NCBI GenBank assembly: GCA_023511835.1
Contig: JAIMAT010000003.1
Span: forward strand, 10,933-74,932
Length of the DNA: 64,000 nt
Source: Bacillota bacterium
GTDB lineage: Bacteria; Bacillota; Sulfobacillia; JAIMAT01
Direction of reading: 5' to 3'
Positions 1 to 9,372 of the stretch are shown here, one piece after another. The notes beneath the pieces were generated by a model, which was not told where the DNA came from, did no database searches, and saw nothing but the letters and a program-made list of their open reading frames with translations. Both the position numbers and the translations under genes were made by a program. Position 1 is the stretch's first letter, and every line of letters starts with the position of its first letter.

Positions 1-1
1 C

Positions 2-172
2 CTGATCCAGGTGGGCGCCTACCGGCCCGGCTCAAGCCGCGAGATCGACGAGGCCGTGGCGCGCATCGAGGCCATGGCGGCCTTCGCCGCGCAGGAGCAG
101 GGCAGCCGGGTGGAGATGGAGGCGACGCTGCGCCAGCTCGAGGCGCTCTTCGAAGGGGGCAGCGCGGCGTGA
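2..172 (+). CDS. fliI: Flagellum-specific ATPase FliI, C-terminal end (gene starts upstream of the window)
   Basis: Frame-2 translation LIQVGAYRPGSSREIDEAVARIEAMAAF... matches the conserved FliI C-terminus. The stop is TGA at 170-172, overlapping the fliJ start. Confidence 0.8.
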   Translation: MIQVGAYRPGSSREIDEAVARIEAMAAFAAQEQGSRVEMEATLRQLEALFEGGSAA

Positions 173-630
173 GCGCCTTCCGGTTCCGCCTCCAGCGCCT
201 TCTCGACCTGCGCCGCCAGGAGCGGCGGGCGGCCGAGCTGGCGCTGGGCGCGGCCACGCGCCGCCAGCAGGAGGCGCGGGAGCGGCGCCGGCGGCTGGCG
301 GAGACGCTGGCGGCGGCGCGCCGGCGCTGGAGCGAAGAGCGGAGCGGCATGACGGCCGCCGCCTGGCGCCAGCGCGCGGCCTGGCTGGAGGAGCTGGAAC
401 GGCTCCTGGCGGAGGCCGGGCGGAGCGAGCAGGCGGCGGCCGCCGAGGTGGAGGCGGCGCGGGCGGAGCTGGCCGGCGCGAGGAGCCGGGAGCGGAGCCT
501 GGAGCGGCTTCACCAGCGGCGGCGGGAGGAGTGGCGGTTGGAGGAGGAGCGGGGCGACCAGCGCGAGCTGGACGAGCTGGGCAGGCTGCGCTGGCTCCGG
601 CTCCGCCAGGAAGGGGGCGGGCGCGCGTGA
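169..630 (+). CDS. fliJ: Flagellar export chaperone FliJ
   Basis: 153-aa coiled-coil, Arg/Glu-rich protein directly after fliI with a GTG start overlapping the fliI stop. Position and composition are typical of FliJ. Confidence 0.7.
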   Translation: MSAFRFRLQRLLDLRRQERRAAELALGAATRRQQEARERRRRLAETLAAARRRWSEERSGMTAAAWRQRAAWLEELERLLAEAGRSEQAAAAEVEAARAELAGARSRERSLERLHQRRREEWRLEEERGDQRELDELGRLRWLRLRQEGGGRA

Positions 631-2225
631 TGAGACCGCTTCCGGTGGCGCCGGGCGCGGAGGCGAGAGGCGCCGCGGGCGCGGAGGCGGCGGGCGCGGC
701 CGGGCAGGCCGGTGCGCCCGCCGGGGCGGGCGGGGCGGGCAGCTTCGCCAGCCTCCTCGGCGAGGCGGCGCGGGGGCGGAGCGGGGGGCCGAAAGCCGCC
801 CCGGTCGCGCCCGCGCCGGGGGAGAAGGAGGGGCCCTCCCGTCGTCCGGAGCCGGGCGGTGACCCGCAGGAAGCCCTCCTCACAGCGCTGGCGGCTGCGG
901 TGGCGGCGGCCGCAGGGCAGCCGACCCCCGGCTCGGCGGAGCCGGGCGTTCCCGGCGCGGGGACGCCCGCCGGCGGCGGAACCGCGGAGGGGTTGCCGGC
1001 GGCGCCGGCCGCCGGCGGGCCGGCCGTACGGGACGAAGCGGCTGCGGCCGCGACGCCCCCGCCGGCCGTGCCTCTCCCCTCGACGCCGGCGCCCCCCGAG
1101 GGCGCGGGAGCGGGGGGGGCCGGGAGCCCTGCGACGGCGGGGCCCGGCGCCGCGGGGGAGACGGGGAGGGAAGCGACCGCCGTGCCGGGACCGGCCGGGC
1201 CCTCCGCCGCGGCGCAAGCGGGAGGGGCGGCCCCCGGCTCGCCGGCGGCGGGCGCCGCCGCCGGGGGAGCGGCGGGCGGAAGCGGGGACGGGTGGCCGCC
1301 GGCGCCGCTGGCCGGCGAGGCGGCCGCGGCCGGGCAGAGGACGGGTGACGCCGGCGGGCCGGCGCCGAGGGGCGGGCCTGGCGGACCTCCCCGGGACGGG
1401 GGGCGCCCGGCGCTCCCGCGCGGCGGAGCCTGTGCGCCTCCCGGCGGGGAGGGCGCGCGGCCGGCGGCGGAAGCGGGCGCGGCAGGCGGGTCGCCGGAAA
1501 GGGCGGGAAGCCCTCTCTCCGCGACGGCGGCGGGCCGCGCCCGGACGGACGGCGGCGGGCTGCCCGCTGCGCCGGCGCGACAGGACGGGCCGAAAGCGGA
1601 GGGGAGCGCCGCGGCGGGCGGAGCGCCGGCCCCGGGCGACGGTCCGGCGGTGGCGGTGGCGCCCGCGCCGGCGGGTGCGGGCGGCCAGACGGCGCCCGCG
1701 ACGCCCGGCGGCGGTGTGGGGCCGGCGCCGGGGGCGAGTGGGGAAGCGAGGACGGCGGAGGCCGCCGCAGCCGCACGGGTGGCCCAGCTCCACCTGGGGG
1801 CGCGCGAGGCGGAGGTGCGCCTCCGCGGCGAGCGGGTGGGCGACGTGGCGGCTCGCTTGACGCTGGAGGGCGGCGGGCAGGTGGCCATCCGCGTGGAGAC
1901 CACGCGCCTCTCGGCCCGCGAGCTGCTGGTAGAGGCGCTGCCGGCGCTCCAGCAGGGACTCAGCCGGCAGGGCGTGCCCCTGGCCGGGGTGACGGTGAGC
2001 GGCTTCGGCAGCGCGGGTACCGGCGCCGCTGGCGGAGGCGGGTCGGGGATCGCCTCCGGGGGAGCGGGGGGCGAGGCGGGCGCCGCTTCCTACGGCGGGG
2101 GCGAAGGCGGAGGCGCGTGGACGGGGGCGAGGGGTGCCCCGCCGGGTGCGGCCGGGAGCGGCTTGGCGCCACCGGAGCTGCGCCGGGCGCGGTGGCGGGG
2201 GGCGGGCGTCGACCTGCTCCTCTGA
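630..2225 (+). CDS. fliK: Flagellar hook-length control protein FliK
   Basis: ATG at 630 overlaps the fliJ TGA. The N-terminal and central region is long and Pro/Ala/Gly-rich. The C-terminus ...EVRLRGERVGDVAARLTLEGGGQVAIRVETTRLSARELLVEALPALQQGL... is a Flg_hook (FliK C-terminal) domain. Confidence 0.7.
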   Translation: MRPLPVAPGAEARGAAGAEAAGAAGQAGAPAGAGGAGSFASLLGEAARGRSGGPKAAPVAPAPGEKEGPSRRPEPGGDPQEALLTALAAAVAAAAGQPTPGSAEPGVPGAGTPAGGGTAEGLPAAPAAGGPAVRDEAAAAATPPPAVPLPSTPAPPEGAGAGGAGSPATAGPGAAGETGREATAVPGPAGPSAAAQAGGAAPGSPAAGAAAGGAAGGSGDGWPPAPLAGEAAAAGQRTGDAGGPAPRGGPGGPPRDGGRPALPRGGACAPPGGEGARPAAEAGAAGGSPERAGSPLSATAAGRARTDGGGLPAAPARQDGPKAEGSAAAGGAPAPGDGPAVAVAPAPAGAGGQTAPATPGGGVGPAPGASGEARTAEAAAAARVAQLHLGAREAEVRLRGERVGDVAARLTLEGGGQVAIRVETTRLSARELLVEALPALQQGLSRQGVPLAGVTVSGFGSAGTGAAGGGGSGIASGGAGGEAGAASYGGGEGGGAWTGARGAPPGAAGSGLAPPELRRARWRGAGVDLLL

Positions 2226-2270
2226 GGGGCGGGGAAGATCCGATGCCGGAAGACGGGGAGGCGAGCAGGT

Positions 2271-2561
2271 ATGGGCGTGAGCGGCGTCAGCTCTTCGAGC
2301 GCGACGGCGGGTGGCGCCACGACGGCGACGGCGGGCAACCCGCTGGCCGGCGCGGGGCTGCAGCAGAGCTTCCTGCAGCTTCTGGTGGCGCAGCTCCAGT
2401 ACCAGGACCCGCTGCAGCCCATGGACGGCACGCAGTGGGTGACCCAGCTGGCCCAGTTCAGCATGCTGAGCGAGCTGGAGCAGATCCGGCAGAAGCTCGA
2501 CCAGATCGCGGCGGCCCAGCAGCTCCAGGGCGGCTCGGCCTCGACCGCGCAGGGGGGTTAG
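2271..2561 (+). CDS. flgD: Flagellar hook capping/assembly protein FlgD (short form)
   Basis: The motif FLQLLVAQLQYQDPLQPMDGTQWVTQLAQFSMLSELEQI is the conserved FlgD N-terminal motif. The gene lies between fliK and flgE. Confidence 0.75.
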   Translation: MGVSGVSSSSATAGGATTATAGNPLAGAGLQQSFLQLLVAQLQYQDPLQPMDGTQWVTQLAQFSMLSELEQIRQKLDQIAAAQQLQGGSASTAQGG

Positions 2562-2567
2562 GAAGCC

Positions 2568-3467
2568 ATGATGCGTTCCATGTATTCCGCGGTCTCGGGC
2601 CTGCGCGCCAACCAGACGGCCATGGACGTGATCGGCAACAACATCGCCAACGTCAACACGCCGGCCTTCAAGAGCTCGCGGACCGTCTTCGCGGACATGT
2701 TCTACCAGCTGCTGGCCGGCGCCGCCGGGCCGCAGGCCAACGTGGGCGGCGTCAACTCGCAGCAGGTGGGGCTGGGCGTCCGCCTGGCCAGCATCGACAA
2801 GCTGATGACGCAGGGCGCCCTCCAGTCCACCGGCGTCCCCACCGACCTGGCCATCCAGGGCGAGGGTTTCTTCGTGCTGGGCGACAACGCCAATCCGCCC
2901 AACCTGACCTACACGCGCCTGGGCGACTTCAAGCTGGACGCTCAGGGCTACCTCGTGGACGCGGCCAGCGGGAAGTACGTCCTGGGCTGGGACGGGAACA
3001 CGGTGCCCAACGCGCCCACAACCGCCTATCCGACGGGAAAAATCCAGATCGTCCTCGGCCAGTCGTACTCGCCGCCCGGGGCGGGCGGGCCGTATACGTT
3101 CGTGGATTACAGCATAAGCCCCGACGGAACCGTCAACGGGATCGAGTCGGATGGAACGATCCAACCGATCGCCCGCATCGCCCTGGCCGTCTTCCCCAAC
3201 CCCAGCGGCCTCGACGAACTGGGCGGCGGCCAGTATGGCGCCTCGGCGAACTCCGGAGTGACCGGGACCAACAACCCGCTCTACGAGGTCGGGGGCTCGG
3301 GCACCGCGGCCGGCACCATCAGCTCCGGCACGCTGGAGATGTCCAACGTCGACCTGGCCCAGGAGTTCACCGACATGATCACCACCCAGCGCGGCTTCGA
3401 GGCCAACGCCAAGGTGATCACCACCGCCGACCAGATGCTTCAGGTGCTCACCAACCTGAAGCAGTAG
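2568..3467 (+). CDS. flgE: Flagellar hook protein FlgE (FlgE/FlgG family)
   Basis: N-terminus MMRSMYSAVSGLRANQTAMDVIGNNIANVNTPAFK and C-terminus NVDLAQEFTDMITTQRGFEANAKVITTADQMLQ are conserved flagellar rod/hook terminal domains. Confidence 0.85.
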   Translation: MMRSMYSAVSGLRANQTAMDVIGNNIANVNTPAFKSSRTVFADMFYQLLAGAAGPQANVGGVNSQQVGLGVRLASIDKLMTQGALQSTGVPTDLAIQGEGFFVLGDNANPPNLTYTRLGDFKLDAQGYLVDAASGKYVLGWDGNTVPNAPTTAYPTGKIQIVLGQSYSPPGAGGPYTFVDYSISPDGTVNGIESDGTIQPIARIALAVFPNPSGLDELGGGQYGASANSGVTGTNNPLYEVGGSGTAAGTISSGTLEMSNVDLAQEFTDMITTQRGFEANAKVITTADQMLQVLTNLKQ

Positions 3468-3510
3468 CCGGCGCCCGCGCGCCGTGACGGAGGAAAGGGA
3501 AGGACGGGCC

Positions 3511-3720
3511 GTGATCTGGCTCACCCGGCTCAACGGCGACGAGCTGGTCGTCAACGCCGACATGATCGAGACCGTGGAGGCGACGCCCGACACGGTCATC
3601 ACCCTGGCCAACGGCCACCGCTGGATCGTGGCGGAGAGCCCCGACGAGGTGATCCGGCGGGTCGTCGCCTACCGGCGGGAGATCGCCGCCGGCCCGCGCC
3701 GCGAGGAGGTGGAGCCGTGA
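3511..3720 (+). CDS. flbD: Flagellar protein FlbD
   Basis: VIWLTRLNGDELVVNADMIETVEATPDTVITLANGHRWIVAESPDEVI matches the FlbD family. GTG at 3511 is preceded by GGAGGAAAGGGAAGGA; the ORF-track start at 3484 is an alternative. Confidence 0.75.
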   Translation: MIWLTRLNGDELVVNADMIETVEATPDTVITLANGHRWIVAESPDEVIRRVVAYRREIAAGPRREEVEP

Positions 3721-4133
3721 GCCGGCTGTCCGGCCGGGCGGGCGGCGTGGCGGCGCTGCTGCTGGCCGCGCTCCTGCTGGGCGGCTGCAACCTGCCCGGC
3801 AAGAGCTCCTCCGCCGCTTCCAAGGCGGAGCCGCCGGTGGCGGTCGACGTGGGGACGCTGACCACCAACCTCTCTGATGCCGACCCGCCCCGCTTGGTGC
3901 AGGTGGACGTGGTGCTGGAAGTAGGCGGGCAGGCGGCGGCCGACCAGCTGAAGGCGGCCGAGCCGGCCGTCCGCGACGCGGTCCTGCGCGTCCTGCGCGC
4001 CACGAGCGCGGCCCAGCTGGCCGGTGCGCAGGGCATGGACGCGGTGCGGGCGCGCATCGAGAGCGAGGTGGAGAGGGCGGTTCCCGATGTGCGGGTGCGC
4101 GACGTCTACTTCACCAGCTTCGTGGTCCAGTGA
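3717..4133 (+). CDS. fliL: Flagellar basal-body-associated protein FliL
   Basis: N-terminal signal/TM segment with an LLGGC lipobox-like sequence. C-terminus ...VRDVYFTSFVVQ is typical of FliL. Confidence 0.75.
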   Translation: MSRLSGRAGGVAALLLAALLLGGCNLPGKSSSAASKAEPPVAVDVGTLTTNLSDADPPRLVQVDVVLEVGGQAAADQLKAAEPAVRDAVLRVLRATSAAQLAGAQGMDAVRARIESEVERAVPDVRVRDVYFTSFVVQ

Positions 4134-4184
4134 GCGGCCCGTGACGAGCGGACGGGCGGGCCGGGCGGACGGGAGGAAGCACGG

Positions 4185-5120
4185 GTGATCCGGACGAGCG
4201 GGCGAACGGGCGGGGTGGCGGCGGCGGGCGCCAGGGTGCGTGCCTACGACTTCCGGCGGCCGGACCGCCTCTCCAAGGACCAGCTGCGCACCCTGGCCAT
4301 GATCAACGAGAACTTCGCCCGGGGGGCCACCACCCTTCTCTCCACGCGGCTGCGGGGGAACGCCCAGGCGGTCTCCGAGCTGGCGGAGCTGGTCAGCTTC
4401 GAGCAGTTCCTGGCCGGCATCGCCGAGCCCGCCATCATCGCCATCGTGCGGGCGGAGGAGTGGCAGGGCGAGGCGGTGATGAGCCTGGACCCGCAGGTGG
4501 CCTTCGCGCTCGTCGACCGCCTCCTGGGCGGAGCCGGCGAGGAGAGCTACCGCCTGCGAAGCATCACCGAGATCGAGCAGGCGCTCCTGCAGCGGATCTG
4601 CCGCGACCTGATCCAGGCCTGGCAGGAGGCTTGGTCGTCGGTGACGCCGCTCCATGCGGCGCTGGTCTCGCTGGAGTCCAACCCGCTCCTCGCCCAGGTG
4701 GCGCCGCCCGGCGACATGGCCGTCCAGCTGCTGGTCAGCCTGCGCCTGGGCCGGCTGCAGGGCTACCTGCGCATCGGCCTGCCCTACACCACCATCGCCC
4801 CGCTGATGCCCGCCCTCTCCGCCGAGCGCTGGCTGACACGCGAGGCGGAGGGTGCCGGCCAGCGCCAGCAGGAGATGCAGGCCGCGCTGCGCCGCGTGCC
4901 GCTGCGGGTGACGGCGGTGCTGGGCCATGCGCGCCTGCGACTTCGCGACTTCGTCCAGCTGGAGGTGGGGGACGTGATCCTCCTGGACCAGCGCGTCGCC
5001 GCCCCCATCCGGGTGACGGTGCAGGGACGGCCCAAGTTCGCGGCGCGCCCCGGCCGGGTGGGCCACCACCTGGCGGTCGAGATCGTGGCGCGCCTGCCCG
5101 AGGAAGGTGAGAGCGCATGA
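4185..5120 (+). CDS. fliM: Flagellar motor switch protein FliM
   Basis: [28 protein letters not shown]... carries the conserved FliM N-terminal CheY-binding and middle domains. Confidence 0.9.
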   Translation: MIRTSGRTGGVAAAGARVRAYDFRRPDRLSKDQLRTLAMINENFARGATTLLSTRLRGNAQAVSELAELVSFEQFLAGIAEPAIIAIVRAEEWQGEAVMSLDPQVAFALVDRLLGGAGEESYRLRSITEIEQALLQRICRDLIQAWQEAWSSVTPLHAALVSLESNPLLAQVAPPGDMAVQLLVSLRLGRLQGYLRIGLPYTTIAPLMPALSAERWLTREAEGAGQRQQEMQAALRRVPLRVTAVLGHARLRLRDFVQLEVGDVILLDQRVAAPIRVTVQGRPKFAARPGRVGHHLAVEIVARLPEEGESA

Positions 5121-6112
5121 GCGACCCGCTGCTGAGCCAGGAGGAGATCGACGCGCTCCGGCGCAGCCTGGAGCGCGAAGAGGCGGCGCCCCGCCTCGCC
5201 CCCGAGGCGGCCGAGGCGCTGGCCGACCTCTTCGCCCGTTCGCTGGAGGAGGCGCTGCGCCGCACCGCCCCCTCCCTCCTGGACGCCGGCTCGCAGGTGG
5301 ACGGCGAGGAGGCGCCGCCCAACCAGGCGGCCGCCGCGGCCGCAGGCCGGCGGGCCGCCGTCTCGGGCGGCGGGCTGGCACGCTGGGAGGCGGTGCTCTG
5401 GCTCGGCCAGGGGCTCGAGCCGGGCCAGGCGCTCCTGGACGCCTGGTGCGGCCAGCTGGCGGAGGCGCTGGAGGGCCTCCTCGCCGGCAGCGTGGAGGTG
5501 ATTCCGGGCGAGGCCTGGTCGCCGGGCGGGCTGCTCCCCGCCGAGCCGGCGGGCTTTCTCTTCCGCTGGCAGGGCGGCGGGGCCGCGCGCGAGGCGGGCC
5601 TGGTGGCGCCGCGGGGGGCCCTGGAGGCGCTGGTGGAGGCGGCCGCGCGCGGCCGGGGAACGGCCGCCGCCACGGTGGCCGCGGGCGGCGCGCCCTCGGG
5701 CGGAGCGGAGGCGGCGGGGGGCGTGCCAACGCCCTCCGCGCAGGCGCCGTCCCCCGCGGCGGGCGGCGCTTCCTCCGCCGCCGCACCGGCTGCCGGGCGC
5801 TCCAGCCCCCACGTCTGGCAGGCGCTGGACGCGCCCGGGACGGGGCCGAGCCCGGCCGGGCTGGAGCTGCTCTACGACGTGCCCCTGGAGATCACGGTGG
5901 AGCTGGGCCGGGCCAGCCGCTCGGTACGCGAGGTCCTGGCCCTGGGCACGGGCTCGGTGGTGGAGCTGGACCGGGCCGCGGGCGAACCCGTCGACATCCT
6001 GGTCAACGGCAAGCTGGTGGCCCACGGTGAGGTGGTCGTCATCGACGACAACTTCGGCATCCGGGTGACGGACATCCTCAGTCCGGCCGACCGGCTCCGC
6101 CAGCTGGGCTAG
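5117..6112 (+). CDS. fliN: Flagellar motor switch protein FliY/FliN (C-terminal FliN/SpoA domain)
   Basis: C-terminus [73 protein letters not shown] is a FliN domain. The middle of the protein is low-complexity. Confidence 0.85.
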   Translation: MSDPLLSQEEIDALRRSLEREEAAPRLAPEAAEALADLFARSLEEALRRTAPSLLDAGSQVDGEEAPPNQAAAAAAGRRAAVSGGGLARWEAVLWLGQGLEPGQALLDAWCGQLAEALEGLLAGSVEVIPGEAWSPGGLLPAEPAGFLFRWQGGGAAREAGLVAPRGALEALVEAAARGRGTAAATVAAGGAPSGGAEAAGGVPTPSAQAPSPAAGGASSAAAPAAGRSSPHVWQALDAPGTGPSPAGLELLYDVPLEITVELGRASRSVREVLALGTGSVVELDRAAGEPVDILVNGKLVAHGEVVVIDDNFGIRVTDILSPADRLRQLG

Positions 6113-6116
6113 GGGG

Positions 6117-6467
6117 GTGGCGGCGCTGGGCGAGGTGCTGCGCGTCCTGGCGGGGCTGCTCGCCTTCCTGGCGGTCGTCGCCCTGGCCTACTTCGCCAGC
6201 CTGGGCGTCGGCCGGCTGGGGGCGGGCGCCGGCGGTCCGTTGCGGATCGTCGGCCAGCTGCCGCTGGGGCCGCGCCGGGGGCTGGCACTGGTGCGCATGG
6301 GGGACGAGCTGCTCCTGCTGGGCGTCACCGACCGCCAGGTGACGCTGCTGGAGCGGGTGGACGAGCCGGAGCGGGTGGCGCGGCTGGACCCGCCGGGCGG
6401 GGGCGGCGGCCAGCGCTTCGCCGAGCTTCTGGGGCGGCGCCTGGCGGGGAAGAGGGAGGAGCCGTGA
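6117..6467 (+). CDS. fliO: Flagellar biosynthesis protein FliO/FliZ
   Basis: Small protein with one TM helix followed by a soluble domain, located between fliN and fliP. GTG start. Confidence 0.6.
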   Translation: MAALGEVLRVLAGLLAFLAVVALAYFASLGVGRLGAGAGGPLRIVGQLPLGPRRGLALVRMGDELLLLGVTDRQVTLLERVDEPERVARLDPPGGGGGQRFAELLGRRLAGKREEP

Positions 6468-7141
6468 TCCCGACGCTGCAGGTGAGCGTGGGCGGCGCGC
6501 AGGGGCCGCAGCAAGTGGCGACCACGCTCCAGATCCTGGGCTGGCTGACACTCCTGGCGCTGGCGCCGGCGGCGCTGGTGATGACCACCTCCTTCACGCG
6601 CATCGTGGTAGTCCTCTCCTTCGTGCGCAACGCGCTGGCCACCGGGCAGACGCCGCCCAACCAGGTGCTGGTGGGACTGGCGCTCTTTCTGACCATCTTT
6701 ACCATGGCGCCGGTCTACGACCAGATCTACCGGCAGGCCTGGCAGCCGTACCAGGCGGGGCAGATCAGCCAGCAGACGGCGCTGAACCGGGCGGAGGCGC
6801 CGTTGCGGACCTTCATGTTAAAGGAGACGAGGACCTCGGACCTGGAGCTCTTCGTCTCGCTGGACGGCTCCGCGCCGCGGCCTGCAAGCCCGCAGCAGGC
6901 CTCGCTGCGCGACCTGATCCCGGCCTTCGTCATCTCCGAGCTGAAGAGCGCCTTTGAGATGGGCTTCGTCCTCTACCTGCCCTTCCTGGTCATCGACCTG
7001 GTGGTGGCCTCGACGCTGATGTCCATGGGCATGTTCATGCTGCCGCCCATGCTGATCTCGCTTCCGTTTAAAATCCTGCTCTTCGTGCTGGTGGACGGCT
7101 GGCACCTGCTGGCCCAGTCGCTGGTGGCGAGCTACCGCTAG
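6464..7141 (+). CDS. fliP: Flagellar type III export apparatus protein FliP
   Basis: Conserved FliP sequence ...TSFTRIVVVLSFVRNALATGQTPPNQVLVGLALFLTIFTMAP... Confidence 0.95.
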   Translation: MIPTLQVSVGGAQGPQQVATTLQILGWLTLLALAPAALVMTTSFTRIVVVLSFVRNALATGQTPPNQVLVGLALFLTIFTMAPVYDQIYRQAWQPYQAGQISQQTALNRAEAPLRTFMLKETRTSDLELFVSLDGSAPRPASPQQASLRDLIPAFVISELKSAFEMGFVLYLPFLVIDLVVASTLMSMGMFMLPPMLISLPFKILLFVLVDGWHLLAQSLVASYR

Positions 7142-7152
7142 GAGGTGCGCCG

Positions 7153-7422
7153 GTGACGGTGGCGTCGGTCCTGGAACTCTTCCGGCAGGCGGTCTGGCTC
7201 CTCTTGACGGTGGCGGCGCCGCTCCTGGGGATCAGCCTGGCGGTCGGCTTCCTGGTCAGTCTCTTCCAGGCCACCACCCAGATCAACGAGCAGACGCTCA
7301 CCTTCGTGCCCAAGATGGTGGCCGTCCTGCTGGCGCTGCTCCTGCTGGGACCGTGGATGCTCCAGCAGCTGGTCGACTTCACCTCCGGCATCCTGGGGCA
7401 CCTGGGCTCCTTCGTAGGGTGA
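7153..7422 (+). CDS. fliQ: Flagellar export apparatus protein FliQ
   Basis: 89-aa two-TM protein, LLLTVAAPLLGISLAVGFLVSLFQATTQINEQTLTFVPK. Confidence 0.95.
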   Translation: MTVASVLELFRQAVWLLLTVAAPLLGISLAVGFLVSLFQATTQINEQTLTFVPKMVAVLLALLLLGPWMLQQLVDFTSGILGHLGSFVG

Positions 7423-7435
7423 GGCGCCCGGAGGG

Positions 7436-8236
7436 GTGGAAGGGGTGGCACTCGCGTGGCCGTGGACGTTCTTCTTCGACCCGGGGCGGCTGGCGCTCTT
7501 CGGGCTGGTGCTGGCCAGGGTGACGGGGATGCTGCTGGTGGCCCCCTTCTTCGGCCACGCCGCCGTCGGCTGGCGCGTCCGCGCCGGCCTGGCGGTGGCC
7601 CTGGCGCTCCTTCTCTCCTTCCCGCTCCGGCCGCCGGCGGCGACGCTCTGGAGCTCGGGCGCGGCCTACGTGGGCTCGCTCCTGGGCGAGCTGGCGGTGG
7701 GGACGACCATCGGGCTGCTGGCGCTGGTGGTCCTCAGCTCTGTCCAGCTGCTGGGGGAGCTGCTGGGCATCCAGATGGAGTTCTCGCTGGCCCAGCTGCT
7801 CGACCCGGCCTTCGGGCAGCCGGTACCGCTGGTGGGGACGCTGCTCTGGTCGCTCCTGCTCCTGCTCTGGCTCCTGGCCGACGGCCACCATGCGCTCCTG
7901 GCGGCGCTGGCGGAGAGCTTCCGCCGGATCCCCCCCGGCCTCTTCCGCTGGACGCCCGCCTGGAGCGAGCTGGTGCTCCAGACGCTAGCCTGGTCCTTCG
8001 AGACGGCGCTGGCGCTGGCCGCCCCGCTGCTGGCCGCGCTGCTCCTGGTCAACGCGGCCTTCGGGCTGGTGGCACGGGCGGCGCCGCAGGTGAACGTGCT
8101 CCTCGCCCAGCTGCCGGCCCTGGCGCTGGTCGGCATCCTGCTCCTGGCGGCGCTGGTTCCCGCCTTTCCCCTGGTGGTCCAGGCGGTGGCGCCCCGGGTG
8201 GAGGAGGTGCTGGCGGCCTGGCTCTCCCTCCGCTGA
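7436..8236 (+). CDS. fliR: Flagellar export apparatus protein FliR
   Basis: Polytopic membrane protein with FliR family pattern, lying between fliQ and flhB. TGA stop at 8234-8236. Confidence 0.9.
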   Translation: MEGVALAWPWTFFFDPGRLALFGLVLARVTGMLLVAPFFGHAAVGWRVRAGLAVALALLLSFPLRPPAATLWSSGAAYVGSLLGELAVGTTIGLLALVVLSSVQLLGELLGIQMEFSLAQLLDPAFGQPVPLVGTLLWSLLLLLWLLADGHHALLAALAESFRRIPPGLFRWTPAWSELVLQTLAWSFETALALAAPLLAALLLVNAAFGLVARAAPQVNVLLAQLPALALVGILLLAALVPAFPLVVQAVAPRVEEVLAAWLSLR

Positions 8237-8259
8237 CCCGGGGCCGGTGGCGCTTCGAC

Positions 8260-9372
8260 CTGCAGCTCTTCGCCGCCGACGAGGAGGCGGGCGAGCGGAG
8301 CGAGCCGCCCACGCCGCGGCGCCGGGAGCGCGCGCGCCGCGAGGGAGAGTTCGCGAGGAGCGCCGAGCTGACCGGCGCGCTCCTCCTCTTGGCCGGCACG
8401 CTGCTCCTCCTGCTGGCGGGCGGCGCGGCCCAAGAGCGGATGCTCCGCTTCCTGACGGAGGCCTGGGGGGGCTGGCTCGCCCGCGGGCCGCGGACGGGCG
8501 AGTTGGGGGCGGGCGAGGCGGCGGCGCTCCTGGCGCGGGCCCTGGGGGTGGGTGCCTCGGCGGCGGCGCCCTTCCTCCTGGCGACCGTGGCGCTCAGCCT
8601 CGCCTCCGGTTTCGCGCAGAGCCGCTTCACCTTCACCGGTGCGGGGCTGGTGCCGCGCGTCGCGCGCCTCAACCCGCTGGCGGGGCTGCGCCGCCTCTTC
8701 TCCGGCCAGGGACTGGTGGAGCTGGCCAAGGCGCTGCTCAAGCTGGGCGTCATCGTCGGAGTCGCCTGGGGCACCGTGCGGACGGCGGTAGAAGCGGCCC
8801 CGGGCCTGCTCGGGGCGCCGCTTTCCGGGGTGGTCGGCTGGATCGAGGGGCAGGTGGCACGTCTCTTTCTCGAAGTGGGGCTGGCCTGGCTCGCGCTGGC
8901 GGGCGGTGACTACGCCTATCAGCTCTGGGCCACCGAGCGCCGCCTGCGCATGACGCCTCACGAGCTGCAGCGCGAGCTGCGCGAGACCGAGGGCAACCCC
9001 GAGGTCCGCCGCCGCATCCGCCGGCTCCAGTCGCAGCTGGCGGCGGCGCGGATGATCGAGGCGGTGAGACGGGCGCGGGTGGTGGTGGTCAACCCGACCC
9101 ACGTGGCCGTGGCGCTGGCCTACGAGCCCGAGCGGATGGAGGCGCCGCAGGTGGTGGCGCGCGGCGCCGACGAGGTGGCGCTCCGCATCCGCGAGGAAGC
9201 CTGGCGCCGGAGCGTCCCCATCGTGGAGGACCCGCCCCTGGCGCGGGCGCTCTACGCCTCCACGCGCGTCGGCCAGACCATCCCGGCCGCGCTCTACAAG
9301 GCCGTGGCCGAGGTGATGGCCTGGGTCTGGCAACTGGAAGAGGGAGGGCGGCTGGCATGGCGCAGACGTTGA
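8260..9372 (+). CDS. flhB: Flagellar export apparatus protein FlhB (start codon uncertain)
   Basis: ADEEAGERSEPPTPRRRERARREGEFARSAELTGA..., the NPTH autocleavage motif (VVVNPTHVAVAL) and a conserved C-terminal domain. There is no ATG/GTG/TTG in frame between the fliR region and the conserved N-terminus. Only CTG codons occur at 8233 and 8260. The true start is unresolved. Confidence 0.8.
   Translation: MQLFAADEEAGERSEPPTPRRRERARREGEFARSAELTGALLLLAGTLLLLLAGGAAQERMLRFLTEAWGGWLARGPRTGELGAGEAAALLARALGVGASAAAPFLLATVALSLASGFAQSRFTFTGAGLVPRVARLNPLAGLRRLFSGQGLVELAKALLKLGVIVGVAWGTVRTAVEAAPGLLGAPLSGVVGWIEGQVARLFLEVGLAWLALAGGDYAYQLWATERRLRMTPHELQRELRETEGNPEVRRRIRRLQSQLAAARMIEAVRRARVVVVNPTHVAVALAYEPERMEAPQVVARGADEVALRIREEAWRRSVPIVEDPPLARALYASTRVGQTIPAALYKAVAEVMAWVWQLEEGGRLAWRRR

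Noticed and set aside
32-3611. Very long minus-strand ORFs (32-1903, 623 aa; 510-3611, 1033 aa; 880-1776) opposite fliJ, fliK, flgD and flgE
   Set aside because: Translations are Pro/Arg/Ala/Gly-rich low-complexity sequence with no domain. They are antisense to clearly conserved flagellar genes, which is typical of open frames in ~70% GC DNA.
3669-5786. Minus-strand ORF of 705 aa and other ORFs overlapping fliL, fliM and fliN
   Set aside because: Arg/Pro-rich artefact antisense to conserved fliM/fliN.
7456-9372. 638-aa plus-strand ORF spanning fliR and flhB
   Set aside because: Only the last ~370 aa (flhB) are real. The upstream part is the +2 frame of fliR.
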